Origin: Macrostomum hystrix
Lineage: Eukaryota; Animalia; Platyhelminthes
Direction: 5' to 3'
Assembly (NCBI GenBank): GCA_950097015.1
Contig: CATNEN010000039.1
Span: 3,162,001 to 3,226,000 of the forward strand
Length of the DNA stretch: 64,000 nucleotides
Part shown: positions 1 to 13,516 of the stretch, piece after piece
Position numbering within the stretch: position 1 is the first letter of the stretch
How the letters are laid out: every line of letters starts with the position of its first letter
Program-made: the position numbers and the translations under genes
Notes under the pieces: generated by a model
Told to the model about the DNA's origin: nothing
The model's input: the letters and a program-made list of their open reading frames with translations, nothing else
Database searches by the model: none

Positions 1-85
1 CAGATCCCAAACTGTACATATCCTAAACTGTACAAATCCCGAACTATACAAATCCTTAACTGTACAGATGCGAAACTGTACAGAT
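1..85. repeat. End of a degenerate 16-bp tandem array (CAGATCCCAAACTGTA)
   Basis: About 5 units at the window start. Confidence 0.7.
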
Positions 86-845
86 AAAAAATCTGAATCA
101 GTACGCAGATATGCTGCTCAAAAATTCTAAATATCTGATAGTCAGTCCTAATCTTACTCGCAGAAGAAGACAAGCTTGGTTATAAGGGCTTCAGCAGTCA
201 GTAATGACAGCCAGTGCAATCTGTAGCCCACCTGTCAATCAAGCAGTATAGAAATGAAACTCCACTCTATGTATGAATTGACTGATTCCTTCTATGATTA
301 TTTATCGTCTGCAATTAATAGATCGACGAGTACACTACGAATATGAAGTAAAAGTACATCTGTACGTTTAGAACGTCGGGGCCGTCTGTCGAAGATAATG
401 AATTTGCGTTCTAAATTCTGCTACATGCAGCCAAACAAACTGTAATGCTATTCGAAATAAGTCTGTTTACTCGGCTACTTGGCTAGCTGATGCAACTTGC
501 AGCTTTGCCTGTTTGCCGTCCATTTTTAGGCCAGACAGGGCCAGAAATCTAAAGCAAACAGCAATTTTATCGAATCGAAGCTACAGTTTCTAGGATCTCC
601 TAGGAGGCCGTAGGATCTCAGCTTGAGAGAGATTCGATTTAGTGCTAATGATATGATCAGACACGATGTCAGACGGAGCCGAACACGGAGCCGTGTTGTG
701 TGTTGCTGGCCCAGTAATTGCTTGTTTATATTAATCATAAATATTAATTTTTTTTTTCAGAACAGATGAAGGTCATTAGACTCTTACGCTTGAAGCATTG
801 AGACTCAATCGGAGGTGTAAACAGTGAGACTTTGGTTCAACAAAC

Positions 846-1370
846 TTCATTCAGCCACTTCAGGCCTCATTCAGCCACTTCTTCAGGCCTCATTCAGCCA
901 CTTCTTCAGGCCTCATTCAGCCACTTCTTCAGGCCTCATTCAGGCTATTCTTCAGGTCTCATTCAGGTTATTCTTCAGGCCTCATTCAGCCACTTCTTCA
1001 GGCCTCATTCAGCCACTTCTTCAGGCCTCATTCAGCCACTTCTTCAGGCCTCATTCAGGTTATTCTTCAGGCCTCATTCAGCCACTTCTTCAGGCCTCAT
1101 TCAGGCTATTCTTCAGGTCTCATTCAGGCTATTCTTCAGGCCTCATTCAGCCACTTCTTCAGGCCTCATTCAGCCACTTCTTCAGGCCTCATTCAGGCTA
1201 TTCTTCAGGTCTCATTCAGGTTATTCTTCAGGCCTCATTCAGCCACTTCTTCAGGCCTTATTCAGCCACTTCTTCAGGCCTCATTCAGGCTATTCTTCAG
1301 GCCTCGTTCAGGCATTTCTTCAGGCCTCATTCAGGCATTTCTTCATGCCTCATTCAGCCCCCTCTCAGGC
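846..1370. repeat. 23-bp minisatellite (CTTCAGGCCTCATTCAGCCACTT)
   Basis: Direct reading; 23-aa periodicity in the ORFs. Confidence 0.95.
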
Positions 1371-1825
1371 CGTACAGTTCTAACAAAATGCATCTTTTCC
1401 CACAAGCACTCTTTCTCTGCCTAGCAACTCCGCTTGGTTGAGCGGCTGGATCAATTTTCTCCCATGCCAAACATTTATCCTCGCGTGCACTTTTCACCCT
1501 CCCCATCTGAGGCTTTGTCAACCGGGCGGGTCAAGCAGCTGCTCAGGGATTTGGGAATTTCGGGTGCAACACCCCAGCGCCCCGGAGACAGCCGGAGAGA
1601 AAGTTTATCGATGCCGCGGACATCAGCCAGGATGAGTTGAGGGCGAGAGGGAAACGGATTGGGCCTTTGAAACAGCTGACAGGAATGCCGCATACTTCAT
1701 AGTGATTAGTGACACAGTTAAGCAATGGCGCAGGGTTGCACTTTCTCTTTTCCATTGTACAGGTACCCTTTGCATTCAAGAAAAATTATGCATCCCTTTC
1801 TATTGATTTGCATTTCACTCCCCTT

Positions 1826-2070
1826 ATTGAGCATTTCACTCCCCTTATTGAGCATCTCATTCTCCTCATTGAGCATCTCATTCTCCTCATTGAGCATCTC
1901 ATTCTCCTCATTGAGCATCTCATTCTCCTCATTGAGCATCTCATTCTCCTCATTGAGCATCTCATTCTCCTCATTGAGCATCTCATTCTCCTCATTGAGC
2001 ATTTCATTCTCCTCATTGAGCATCTCATTCTCCTCATTGAGCATCTCATTCTCCTCATTAAGCATCTCAT
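1826..2070. repeat. 21-bp minisatellite (TTGAGCATCTCATTCTCCTCA)
   Basis: Direct reading. Confidence 0.95.
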
Positions 2071-3059
2071 CCCAAATGCGAAGCCTCAACTTCTGAGTCC
2101 AATGCCTCGAACCCCAGATGTAAGCGCCCCCTCTCTGCTCTAGTTGCTCTAACACTTTCTCTTCTCCCCAAAAACTCTCTTCCTGTCTCCCACTGCACCC
2201 AAAGTGTGCTCACGTGTTCAAATAGGGGTTGGAGTAGAGAAGTCGCTGTGCGGAGGCTTGGCGGCTGCAGTTGCTGAGAGCTGGGAGTCCATTCTAGTCC
2301 TTCCTAGCAGTGGGGAAAAAATCCCCCACTTTTCTCTGGCCAGCAGCTGCAAAAACTGCTCATAGAATCCGGCTAGGAAAAAAGCACGTGGCGTTTGAGA
2401 CACCTTGTTTCCTGCCCCCCCTCTATTCTAAGATCATCTTCCTACTTTCCTCCTATCTAATCTCTTGTTTTATCTTCCCTATCTCCCCTATCCCATATTC
2501 TCTCTCCTATAGGAATAGGGGATCCTATTCGCAATGTCTCTCTACTCTTTATCATCTCGCTTCTCTTTCTGTTTCTCTAGTCTATTAAACGCGCTTTTTT
2601 CCGAATCATTTTTTCCCGTAAAAATCTGTCCGTGCTGCGACTCAACGGCCAGTCATATTGCTGCTTCACATAGCCGACAGACTGCAATCCGCAGCCTATT
2701 TTTTACCAATACCATTTGCCATTCATTAATTTTGCTTTCATTGTGGCCAAGCAGCTCGCTATTCTATTCTACTCATCAGCCAGACAGTCGCCCTCAGCTA
2801 CCGGGTGAGTCATCGGGACCGCTCAGAAACAGGCTCTGGTGACTACGCGAAATATACCGACTGCCAAGGCTTCTTAGCACTGCCTTCCCCACTGAAACCC
2901 CTTGCCAACAGAATACCCTCCCCGTGAGTTGTTCCAAATATGGGGAGAAATCTATTTTTAGCACGCGTACTATTGCTGCGCTTACAATAGCTCGCTTGCC
3001 TGGCACGCTTCTATATCACAATGAGTCCTCCCTGATGACTCAAGGCAGACTGGGTTAGT

Positions 3060-3558
3060 CTAGATCTAGAGCTCCATGGCTAACCCAGGTTCTAGATCCA
3101 GAGCTCCATGGCTAACCCAGGTTCTAGATCCAGAGCTCCATGGCTAACCCAGGTTCCAGATCTAGAGCTCCATGGCTAACCCAGGTTCTAGATCCAGAGC
3201 TCCATGGCTAACCCAGGTTCCAGATCTAGAGCTCCATGGCTAACCCAGGTTCTAGATCCAGAGCTCCATGGCTAACCCAGGTTCCAGATCTAGAGCTCTA
3301 TGGCTAACCCAGGTTCTAGATCTAGAGCTCCATGGATAAGCCGTCAGTTACGGCGGTCAGTTGCCTAACCCAGGTTCTAGATCTAGAGCTCCATGGCTAA
3401 CCCAGGTTCTAGATCCAGAGCTCCATGGCTAACCCAGGTTCTAGATCTAGAGCTCCATGGATAAGCCGTCAGTTACGGCGGTCAGTTGCCTAACCCAGGT
3501 TCTAGATCCAGAGCTCTATGGCTAACCCAGGTTCTAGATCCAGAGCTCCATGGCTAAG
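3060..3558. repeat. 32-bp palindrome-rich minisatellite (CATGGCTAACCCAGGTTCTAGATCCAGAGCTC); partial copy at 13514-13776
   Basis: Direct reading; contains 61-bp variant units with an inserted gccgtcagttacggc hairpin. Confidence 0.95.
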
Positions 3559-4152
3559 TCTTCAGGTGCGCATTCAAATGCCAGAGAGCAGTGAATGAGT
3601 CATAGTTAGCCGGATTAACTCAATCTGCGAGAAATTGCCACAATAGGCTAATAGTCACATTTATGGCAACCGCGAATATATAATATTTATTAACTAAATT
3701 TCTGAATAGCAAACAGTGGGATGGTCTCAACAATAGCTAGACTTGTTCGTCGCTGCTCAACCCAAGCCCTCAGGGGGTCTGCATGGCGGGACAGTTTTGG
3801 CAGGAGGAAGGAAGCAAGCAAGGAATTGGGAAGTGCTTCCCTACAATACTTCCCCAGTAGTCGATGAGTCACTAATTTCCTCACGGGACAGAGAGTAGGT
3901 TAATTCCGCTCCACTTGCCCTCAAGTCATTGACATGATTGTCGCCATGCATTGCTACTGCTCCGTCACCACCCCCAGGGTACTCAGGGGTAAGCAAACAC
4001 ATCGGAGCATAGGCAATTGAGAACTAGGGTGATTTTGAGTTAACCCGCGGGAGAGTGACAAGCGCGATTTGACAGGCGAACAATGCTATGATCCATATAG
4101 GCAGTGCATGAAACATTGGGGTTCAGCAGTTAGAGCTTTGGACTTTGAGAGA

Positions 4153-4950
4153 ATCATCCATGCAATCTATAGACCCATCTATGCAATCTATGGACTCATC
4201 CATGCAATCTATAGACTCATCCATGCAATCTATAGACCCATCTATGCAATCTATGGACTCATCCATGCAATCTATAGACTCATCCATGCAATCTATGGAC
4301 TTATCCATGCAATCTATGGACTTATCCATGCAATCTATGGACTTATCCATGCAATCTATGGACTCATCCATGCAATCTATGGACTTATCCATGCAATCTA
4401 TAGACTCATCCATGCAATCTGTAGACTCATCCATGCAATCTATAGACTCATCCATGCAATCTATGGACTCATCCATGCAATCTATAGACTCATCCATGCA
4501 ATCTATAGACTCATCCATGCAATCTATAGACTCATCCATGCAATCTGTAGACTCATCCATGCAATCTATAGACTCATCCATGCAATCTATGGACTCATCC
4601 ATGCAATCTATAGACTCATCCATGCAATCTATAGACTCATCCATGCAATCTATGGACTCATCCATGCAATCTATAGACTCATCCATGCAATCTATGGACT
4701 TATCTATGCAATCTATAGACTCATCCATGCAATCTATAGACTCATCTATGCAATCTATAGACTCATCCATGCAATCTATAGACTCATCTATGCAATCTAT
4801 AGACTCATCTATGCAATCTATAGACTCATCTATGCAATCTATGGACTCATCTATGCAATCTATAGACTCATCTATGCAATCTATAGACTCATCTATGCAA
4901 TCTATAGACTCATCTATGCAATCTATAGACTCATCCATGCAATCTATAGA
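4153..4950. repeat. 21-bp minisatellite (CATCCATGCAATCTATAGACT); copy at 14371-15168
   Basis: Direct reading. Confidence 0.95.
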
Positions 4951-5289
4951 ATTATTCAAGAATTTACGGAATCAGCTCGTATTTTGACGCGGAAAATTGT
5001 CCCTTAGAATTGAAAGCAGACACGCAGTCAGGTGGGAAGGATGCAACTAAGTGTATCTCGCAAATCCCATGAAAAAAAGTTAAGAAGACGGGCGGGAAAA
5101 AAGTGGCAACTTTAGCAAAGGAAAATCTTGGCTAGAAAAAAAGTTTACTTTGGTGAGCCCTGGCGCAAGAAACACGCAAAGCCAATTATCTAAGCCAAGC
5201 TTCAGGTGCGCCTGCACTTCCACAGCAGCGATTGCTTTCGTCACCGAAGCGTATTTATAATTGTCTTCATTGGATCAATTAGTATTCAT

Positions 5290-5570
5290 AATGCTAAGGA
5301 CAGCTTTAGACTTCTAACCGAGAGGTCGGCAGTTCGAATCTCCCGGCCGTGTTCCGATTCGACCAGTCTATGGTCTCTCCTGCAGTGCTTAGACAGCTTT
5401 AGACTTCTAACCGAGAGTGCGGCGGTTCGAATCTACGAGCTACATTCCAAAAGGAAGCTATTTGAGTTACTAAGCAACTTTAATATCGACTGCTTCAGTT
5501 TATCTACATTAAAACTGTGAGTTTGTCTGGCGGCCACCGCTGTCCATGGACTGAACATCTGTACACAGCG
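5290..5570 (+). mobile_element. Two tandem tRNA-Arg(TCT)-like heads followed by a SINE family 2-like 3' motif (duplicated at 15508-15788)
   Basis: gacttctaa anticodon-loop-like plus gttcgaatc T-loop at ~5309-5340 and ~5402-5433; gtccatggactgaaca at ~5542-5557. Acceptor and D stems are not intact. Confidence 0.5.
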
Positions 5571-6711
5571 TTTGGAATATTAAAATATAGCGCTCGCATG
5601 CGTTATTCAATTCAAGTTTTTCAATACATATCGTTCAATCTTTGATTTTAACTCGAGAAAGAAAAACTAATTTAGATACGCGATATAGTTATAAATGGTT
5701 ATAGTTATAAATATTCAACCGTTCAGGTCATAGCGGACCATGTCTGATTGATCGACCGTTTTGAGTAACCACGGCCTACTCGTATTCTTACCTTAATACC
5801 TCGTATTCATTATATTTCCTTTTCCGCCAATCTCATCAGCACTTCTATCGCATTATCACCAGCCGTTGATGGTCAAAAGACGAATAATTTCCTATCTATA
5901 GAATGTGTACAAGACATTGCAAATGCTTGCAATGTTTGGGCCCATAACTTGTAGGCTGGGTTAATTAAATTTTACACCTTCCACCCTTACCAGCCATAGC
6001 TGTCTGTCATTATTCCGGCTCTGAACCCTCTTCCCCTTGAGGTCAGCAAATCGGAACCAATTTGGGAATCTGAAAGTTTGCGGGTCGAACATGTCTTTGC
6101 CGCTTTGGCGCATTCAAGCAAAGAAAAAATATTCAAGTACGTATAAAAGCAAAAAGCCAAGCCCAAAATACAGAAACGTGACTGTTTTCATCGCCTGTCT
6201 GCGTCACTCGCAAAAAAGACGGTGCCTTGCCTAGCAACAATTTCCTTTGCCGCAACAAAAAATAGACTTAATATATGCGCCTGCATGTGACACGGGCGCT
6301 GTGACGCATTCAGTTGGCACTGAGGGACCCTCGCAAACTCCAAAGCCTGCTTGATGGGCCCAGCTAATGTTTCAAGCCCATCTCTGCATCTGGGCGACAT
6401 ATGAACTGTTTACACAGCCAGCCCATGCAGATCTGACAGACCTGCAGCCACATTATCTGACCGCCTGATCGCAGACAGGAGCCCAACAGATTGCTGATCG
6501 GATCAGCCAGCAATGGTCGTTCATTAATCCCATAAATTTCCTAGAAGTAAGCACTTTAGCGGAAGTGTATCAGCCTTTAGTTTTTTGCAGGCATCAGACG
6601 TCACATAGCTGGTTAAATTCCGTATTATCTGCTATTCTCATCTATTGATATCCTACGAGTATATTCTGAATAGGGTTTTAGAATATAGAAAGGGTGAGTA
6701 TATATTGGGGC

Positions 6712-6940
6712 TTGAGAATCGTACAGGATGAATGTAAACTGGAGTAAAAGAATCGCGTTGGACGAGTGTACATTGGGGTAAGAGAATCGCGTCGGATTAG
6801 TGTACATTGGGGTGAGAGAATCACCTAGGACGAGTGTACATTGGGGTGAGAGAATCGCGTAGGACGAGTGTACATTGGGGTAAGAGAATCGCGTAGGACG
6901 AGTGTACATTTGGGTAAGAGAATCGCGTAGAACGAGTATA
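6712..6940. repeat. ~34-bp minisatellite (GAGAATCGCGTAGGACGAGTGTACATTGGGGTAA); copy at 16930-17158
   Basis: About 6 units. Confidence 0.9.
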
Positions 6941-8281
6941 TGCCTAAATGGACGATTTAGGCATATCAACCATCGAATGCAAAAAATATAGGAAAAAATG
7001 CAAAATCGTGGCCGGTAAAATTTCAGAGAATTTTTATGACTTTCATTTAAGCCAACTGACTTCCATCTAATAAAAAAAATTCGACGAATTACAATTTCTA
7101 AAGCTAATCAAGAGGATACTGAATTGCGCATCAAAATTCGTTTGGGGATTTTACTTTGCGCATTTCTTCAGCTACGAAAGAAAAATTTGGAACCACTCCA
7201 ATAATATAGGAGCCGTTAGAATGGGTCGTGGGGTAAGTCTTGTTCCGATGCTAGCTAGTAAAGGCAGGTAGTTCCTTCACATTTTATTGCAAGTTGACAT
7301 TGCCTGGAGCAATAAATAAAAATGGCCTCTACAAAAAAGTCTGGATAAAAATTTCCATTAAGACTGGAGTAGGTAATGACCCAAAGCCCACTTAGTGATG
7401 GGCCCGCAATGTCCTTTAATTAGTCTAAAACAAGGCTGAAATCAAGAGAAAGGCTGAACACAAAAAATGTAGCGAGGCCAATTTTATGGCACACCGGAAA
7501 GTGGAAAAAGAGATTGGGTTCAGACAGACGGACGGCGACAGACTGCGACCAGCAGAACAAGTTGGGCTGGGGGTGGCCAAGGCTCTTGTTTCTATGCGGG
7601 CCGGCACAGACAGGAAGAGAGGCTGAGACGGCCGCATAGAAACAGATGCCGCAGAAAGGAGGAGACTCGCACTGAAGACGCCATCGAGCTTGCTTCCCGT
7701 GGCAACTAATTAATAGTGACAGCCCAGGCGAGGGCGAATGGGGAGTGGGTGCACACGATAATATTCCCTGCCATCTTTTCTGTCGACTTCCTCGCCGCCC
7801 GCCCACCTTGGCCAGCCGTTCAGCCGCGTGTCGATCAAAAAAGGACAGGAGAGCAGATGCGGGGCCGGGCCAAATTAGGATGACGGCAGGAAAAGTGCAC
7901 GGTACCGTAGTCTATGCAAGCTTGCTTACAACAAGAGAGAAATTTTCCCAATAAAATCAATCCGAATTCGCATAAACTGAATCTCTAAGAGAGATAAACG
8001 CAACAACTAGCGAGCTGCGAGCCTCATAAACCGCAATTAGTCCAGAGTTTATTCAGGCAGATTATTAATCAGAGAAAGCAATATTAGTCACGCAAAACAG
8101 AACGCATAAAATTGTACATATTCGAAGAAAACTAAATTAATATAGAATATTATAGCTCTGCCGTATGTAATGATGTTAGCGCAAAAGCTCTTCAAAGTCA
8201 GCGTTGGAAACCCGCAGTAAACAGTTCATATTGCACTTTGGCATACGGTTACTGTACTCATAGTGAATGGTACAAGATCAC

Positions 8282-8888
8282 GCTGGTATCTGACAGCACA
8301 GATGTCTGACACTGGTATCTGACAGCACAGATGTCTGACACTATCATCTGACAGCACAGGTGTCTGACACTATCATCTGACACCACATATGTCTGACACT
8401 GGTATCTGACAGCACAGGTGTCTGACACTGGTATCTGACAGCACAGGTGTCTGACACTGGTATCTGACAGCACAGATGTCTGACACTGGTATCTGACAGT
8501 ACAGGTGTCTGACACTATCATCTGACAGCACAGGTGTCTGACACTATAATCTGACAGCACAGATATCTGACACTATGATCTGACAACACAGGTGTCTGAC
8601 ACTATCATCTGACAGCACAGGTGTCTGACACTGGTATCTGACAGCACAGGTGTCTGACACTGGTATCTGACAGCACAGGTGTCTGACACTGGTATCTGAC
8701 AGCACAGGTGTCTGACACTGGTATCTGACAGCACAGGTGTCTGACACTGGTATCTGACAGCACAGGTGTCTGACACTGGTATCTGACAGCACAGGTGTCT
8801 GACACTGGTATCTGACAGCACAGGTGTCTGACACTGGTATCTGACAGCACAGGTGTCTGACACTGGTATCTGACAGCACAGGTGTCTG
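8282..8888. repeat. 29-bp minisatellite (CTGGTATCTGACAGCACAGGTGTCTGACA); copy at 18500-19106
   Basis: Direct reading. Confidence 0.95.
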
Positions 8889-9862
8889 AAACCTAGCGTT
8901 TAGCTTGAGACTCATTTGTTGGATTTTGAAATCGAAAGTACATCCCTGAATGATTACTCAGCATGAAGCAAACGATGCGCAAGCATTACTCAAAACAATA
9001 AATTTAACTTTATAAAAGGACAGAATGAAAAGTGTATAAAACAAAGCTGACTATTTAGTAATACTAATTTATAAATGACACTCAAAGTAGAGATTTAGCT
9101 TAGCCTCTCGACTGAAATACAGAAACGAGAAAAACTAAATATAAAAGTGGAATTAATAATATAATAGAATATTAAACTGACGTTGAATTAAATTCCCAGT
9201 GTATGTAAAGACTGGTAATGACAGCTAAAACAGCCACGAGACTAGTACAGTGAGAACAATGCCTTCAGGTACATAATAATGACTATATTAGTTGCATTAT
9301 TATTATTACAAACAGGTCACACAGAAGAATCACAAATAGCTTTTCAAGTGACACGCAGACAATGGAATTAAAAGCAATGAGAAACAAAACTATGACATGT
9401 ACTTCAATGCTTTGTTAGATAATTTATTTGCTCAATGCAAATAATAACTCAACACACACACAGCTGAGATGCGTAAATGCCGCTCCAGACCAAGCTTACT
9501 AAGCAGAAAATGTACAGAGGAAAAAAAGAAAATTTTTGTAAAAATACAGAAACTGTCTCTCATTAACTTTGAAAACCAATTTTCATGACTATGCGAGAAA
9601 AATATATGATGGATAGACTTGAAAAAATGTGCATAAAAGAAAAAAGTAGATCAAATATTAAAGATAACAGACAAACTCAGAGATCAACAGCTGGTAGAGT
9701 GCTCTGTGACTATTGAAATAAACTGAGAAAATAAGACGAGATAAAGAGAATTGCCAAATTCAGTGCAGGAGGTGCGGAAACTCAAAAACTGACGACATCA
9801 AATTCGAACTGCATTGGCAAGCTACATTCTGCATTCGCATTCGACAATGGAGAGTCCGGGCT

Positions 9863-12800
9863 CTACGCCGCGGTCTCCTTCATATGGTCGAAATAGGCCA
9901 ACAGCTGGCCATAGTCCATTCGGCGCATACTCTGACTCCAGCTGAGGTCGCCGGCTCGTATCCCGGCAGCGGCGTTTGCCGCGGCTGGCGACCCAGACGA
10001 TGAGTAGGGCGGCGGTAGTTGGCGCGAGAAGCGCGGAGTGGCGCATGGATTCAAAGCCGGCGATTGAGAGGCCGACGGCGGCAGCATCGGCAGCGGCGAG
10101 CCCGCCAAGCCGGGACTCAGCCGGCGGCTGCTGGTGCGCATAGGCGGCCGCGGCAGGGAGCCGTCGATAGCCAGCGAGTGCTGGCGACTGCTGGGATTTA
10201 GGAAATAGTAACTAGGTGAGGATCTGGGAGTTAGTAACCAGGTGAGGATCTTGGAGTTAGTAACCAGGTGAGGACTTGGGAGGTAGTAACCAGGTGAGGA
10301 TCTGGAAGTTAGTTAGCAGGTGAGGATCTAGTCGTATTACCAGGTGAGGATCTGGGAGCTAGTAACCAGGTGAGGAGCTGGGAGTTAGTAACCAGGTGAG
10401 GATCTGGGAGTTAGTAACCAGGTGAGGACCTGCGAGGTAGTAACCAGGTGAGGATCTGGGAGTTAGTTTAGTTAGCAGGTGAGGATCTAGTCGTATTACC
10501 AGGTGAGGATCTGGGAGGTAGTAACCAGGTGAGGAGCTAGGAGTTAGTAACCAGGTGAGGATCTGGGAGTTAGTAACCAGGTGAGGACCTGGGAGGTAGT
10601 AACCAGGTGAGGATCTGGAAGTTAGTAACCAGGTGAGGACCTGGGAGTTAGTAACCAGGTGAGGACCTGGGAGGTAGTAACCAGGTGAGGATCTGGAAGT
10701 TAGTTAGCAGGTGAGGATCTAGTCGTATTACCAGGTGAGAATCTGGGAGCTAGTAACCAGGTGAGGAGCTGGGAGTTAGTAACCAGGTGAGGACCTGGGA
10801 GTTAGTAACCAGGTGAGGACCTGGGAGTTAGTAACCAGGTGAGGATCTGGGAGTTAGTAACCAGGTGAGGACCTGGGAGTTAGTAACCAGGTGAGGACCT
10901 GGGAGTTAGTAACCAGGTGAGGATAAGTAGCAACCAAGTTTAGATCAGAGAAGCAACAACCAGATAAGGATTTCGAGATCTACAGTGACTGAAGACATAG
11001 GGGAGTTAAGGGGTCGATTTGTAAGGATCTGAAGATCTGCCTGGCGACTCACCCCAGGACGGAGGACGTGCCCAAGCGTGGCGTCAGCCTGGCCGGCTGC
11101 AGGCTCTCTAGCGGGTTGGCCACAATGCGAATCGAGCACTCCTGGCCCTGGTAGGTTGTGCCGGTAGCCGCAGCGGCGGAGGCCGCACCGGCTGCTGCGC
11201 CGGGAGACGACACGGTGGCGGTTACTGAGCCGCCCTGCCGCCCGAATGTGGTCAGGTGGCTGTTCGAATCCGTTGGACTGTGCGGAGCGGCTGCTGCCGC
11301 TGACCTCACCGGCTGGATGAACTTGGTGTGCCGATAGATGGTGCCGTCCTCACGGCTCAGCTTCTTGTCCTGGAGGGTGTCCAGGCCGACCCACACCCAA
11401 TTGTTGTCCGTGTACTCTTCTTCGCCAGGCTGCAATCCTGGTGGGCGAGACTGCTGCTTCTGTAAGACGCTGTTGTTGCCGCCACTGCTAGAGGGCGGCG
11501 ACCGGCGCTGCTCGCCAGACTGGAGCAACAAGGAGTTCGGCGACTGCAGAGACGGCAGAGTGCCACAGCGAAGCGGCAGCGGTGACTGCTGCTGCTGCAA
11601 AAGCAATTGCTGCAACTGCTGTTGCTGTTGCAGCTGGTCTGCAGCAGCCTGGCGATGAGTTGCATCGCTAGAATCCGCACTCGGAAGTCGGCGATGCTTT
11701 CGATATCTGGGAGGTGCGGAAGAGAAGATTTTTTATTCAGAATTTAAAAAATATGAAAATTTAGTACAAATGCTCATTAGCAGCAAGAGTGAACTATTAC
11801 AGTGCAGATGTACTTATACAAATGCAATGGCAGATTAATTAAACGAACGTAATTAACAGTGCGGGCGTACTTAACAGTGCGTGTGTACTTTAAAGTGCGG
11901 GCGTACCTAATAGAGCGTACTTTAAGCGAAAAACTCCGCATCATTAACTTAGAGGAAGACGAAAAATGAAAACATGACAGACAAGAACTCATATGCTAAA
12001 AAAGTTGGAATCTTACCTGGCGCACATCACTGCGAAATTGACGAAAAAGACCATCACGGCCAAGCAGAAAATTGCCAGGAGGACGAACATGCCAATCTGA
12101 AAGGGAGAGCGCCGACTAGTGGAGCCGCCTTTGACACCGCCTCCAGCAGCAGCTGAAGCCGAGCCACCAACAGTGTCGATACTAAACCCGTCTTTGCCGT
12201 CAGAAGATGACGACGGTGGCTGCTGCCCGCCGAGGCCATTCCTGGAGGATCGATAGCTTGTCGAAGCCGACATTGAGGACGAGCCGGAGCCGGAATTACC
12301 GGAAGCTGCTGAAGCGTCGCCTGGCAACAGTTGATAGTCGGATGGAGAAAGGATGGTGTCCAGGTTCAAACTTGGTGACGGCGCTTTGGCTGAGTCCCCG
12401 CCGGCGCCTGACCGCAGAGTCGGCGGCGACTGTGATGAAACCGGCGTCGGCCGCGGATTCGAAGCGCCGATTCGCCTCTGCTGCGGCGGAAATTTGATTC
12501 GACCGCGGACTTCTACAAGCGGGGTGGCTGCCGGCCTCGGCAGCGGCTTGCCCCTGCCTCGGCTGCCGCCGTTGCCAATCGGTGCACCGCCGCAGAACTC
12601 GCTCTGAATAAGGCGAACAGTGGCCAGCACGCCGTCGGCCTCGGCAATGGCGTAGAAGATTGGCCAGTTAGTGCGAAGGCTGCGATTCAACGGCCGGACA
12701 GCAGTGGCGTTGTAACTGACCAACTGCGATGATTGGGAAGGGTATCAAATTCAGAAAAATGTATTATGCACTTTTACTCTTTACAGGTAAAAGACAGGGA

Positions 12801-13516
12801 CTCTCCTATCCAACAGACAGGGACTCTCCTATCCAACAGACAGGGACTCTCCTATCCAACAGACAGGGACTCTCCTATCCAACAGACAGGGACTCTCCTA
12901 TCCAACAGGGACTCTCTCTCGCCTGCTGAACAGTTGACTTTCCTACCCAACAGGTGACTTTCCTACCCAACAGGTGACTTTCCTACCCAACAGGTGACTT
13001 TCCTACCCAACAGGTGACTTTCCTACCCAACAGGTAACTTTCCTACCCAACAGGGACTCTCACCTATCCAACAGGTGAGAGTCACCTAATCAAAAGGTAG
13101 GGCATTATGTACACTCAGGCATCTCAGTTCCAGCTCACCTGAACAGTAATATAGTCCGGGTCGATGTCCTCCACGGCCACAACTGTGTCGTCGCTAAATC
13201 TGAGATTAACTTTAATATAGCCCGACTGATTGAAGTGATCGAAATCGCGAGAAATGTGCGCCGTCAGGTAGCGGCCCATCAGCTGGTCGCCAATGAGCAG
13301 CACGGACAGGTTGGTAACGAAGTGGGCTTCGATACTGTCGATGACGACGCTGCTGCTATATCCGACAGTGAAGCTGGCATTGCCAAGGTGCGGCTCGGAC
13401 ACCGACACCAGGATGCGGCCTTTGCTGACACCCTCCAGGGTGCTGCCCTTCAGTGCTGCCACCTCGCGATCGCTGACCACCAGTCGGCCGACTGCGTAAT
13501 GAGTGACGTCCAACAT
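9863..13516 (-). pseudogene. TMEM132: 5'-truncated duplicate of TMEM132 (3' part of exon 4 plus exons 5-7); intact frame from a junction-created ATG (688 aa)
   Basis: Matches 20081-23733 at offset 10218. Exons 13516-13139, 12723-12017, 11706-11053, 10190-9863. Lacks the promoter, signal peptide and exons 1-3. Confidence 0.8.

Noticed and set aside
180-3050. Possible exon or LTR remnants (acceptor-like ttttttcag at ~760; GC-rich patches at 1430-1700 and 2220-2400)
   Set aside because: No recognisable protein, paired LTR or convincing PBS; cannot be supported.
3060-3558. CRISPR-like appearance of the 32-bp palindromic repeats (also the 37, 38 and 46-bp arrays)
   Set aside because: Units are head-to-tail with no unique spacers, the two inserts are identical, there are no cas genes, and the context is eukaryotic.
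4069-5007. Three overlapping ~300-aa periodic ORFs (also 14287-15225, 1709-2155, 824-1441, 8258-8915)
   Set aside because: Open in several frames and strands only because they translate short tandem units.
5290-5445. Functional tRNA-Arg genes
   Set aside because: Acceptor, D and anticodon stems do not pair properly; treated as SINE heads or pseudogenes.
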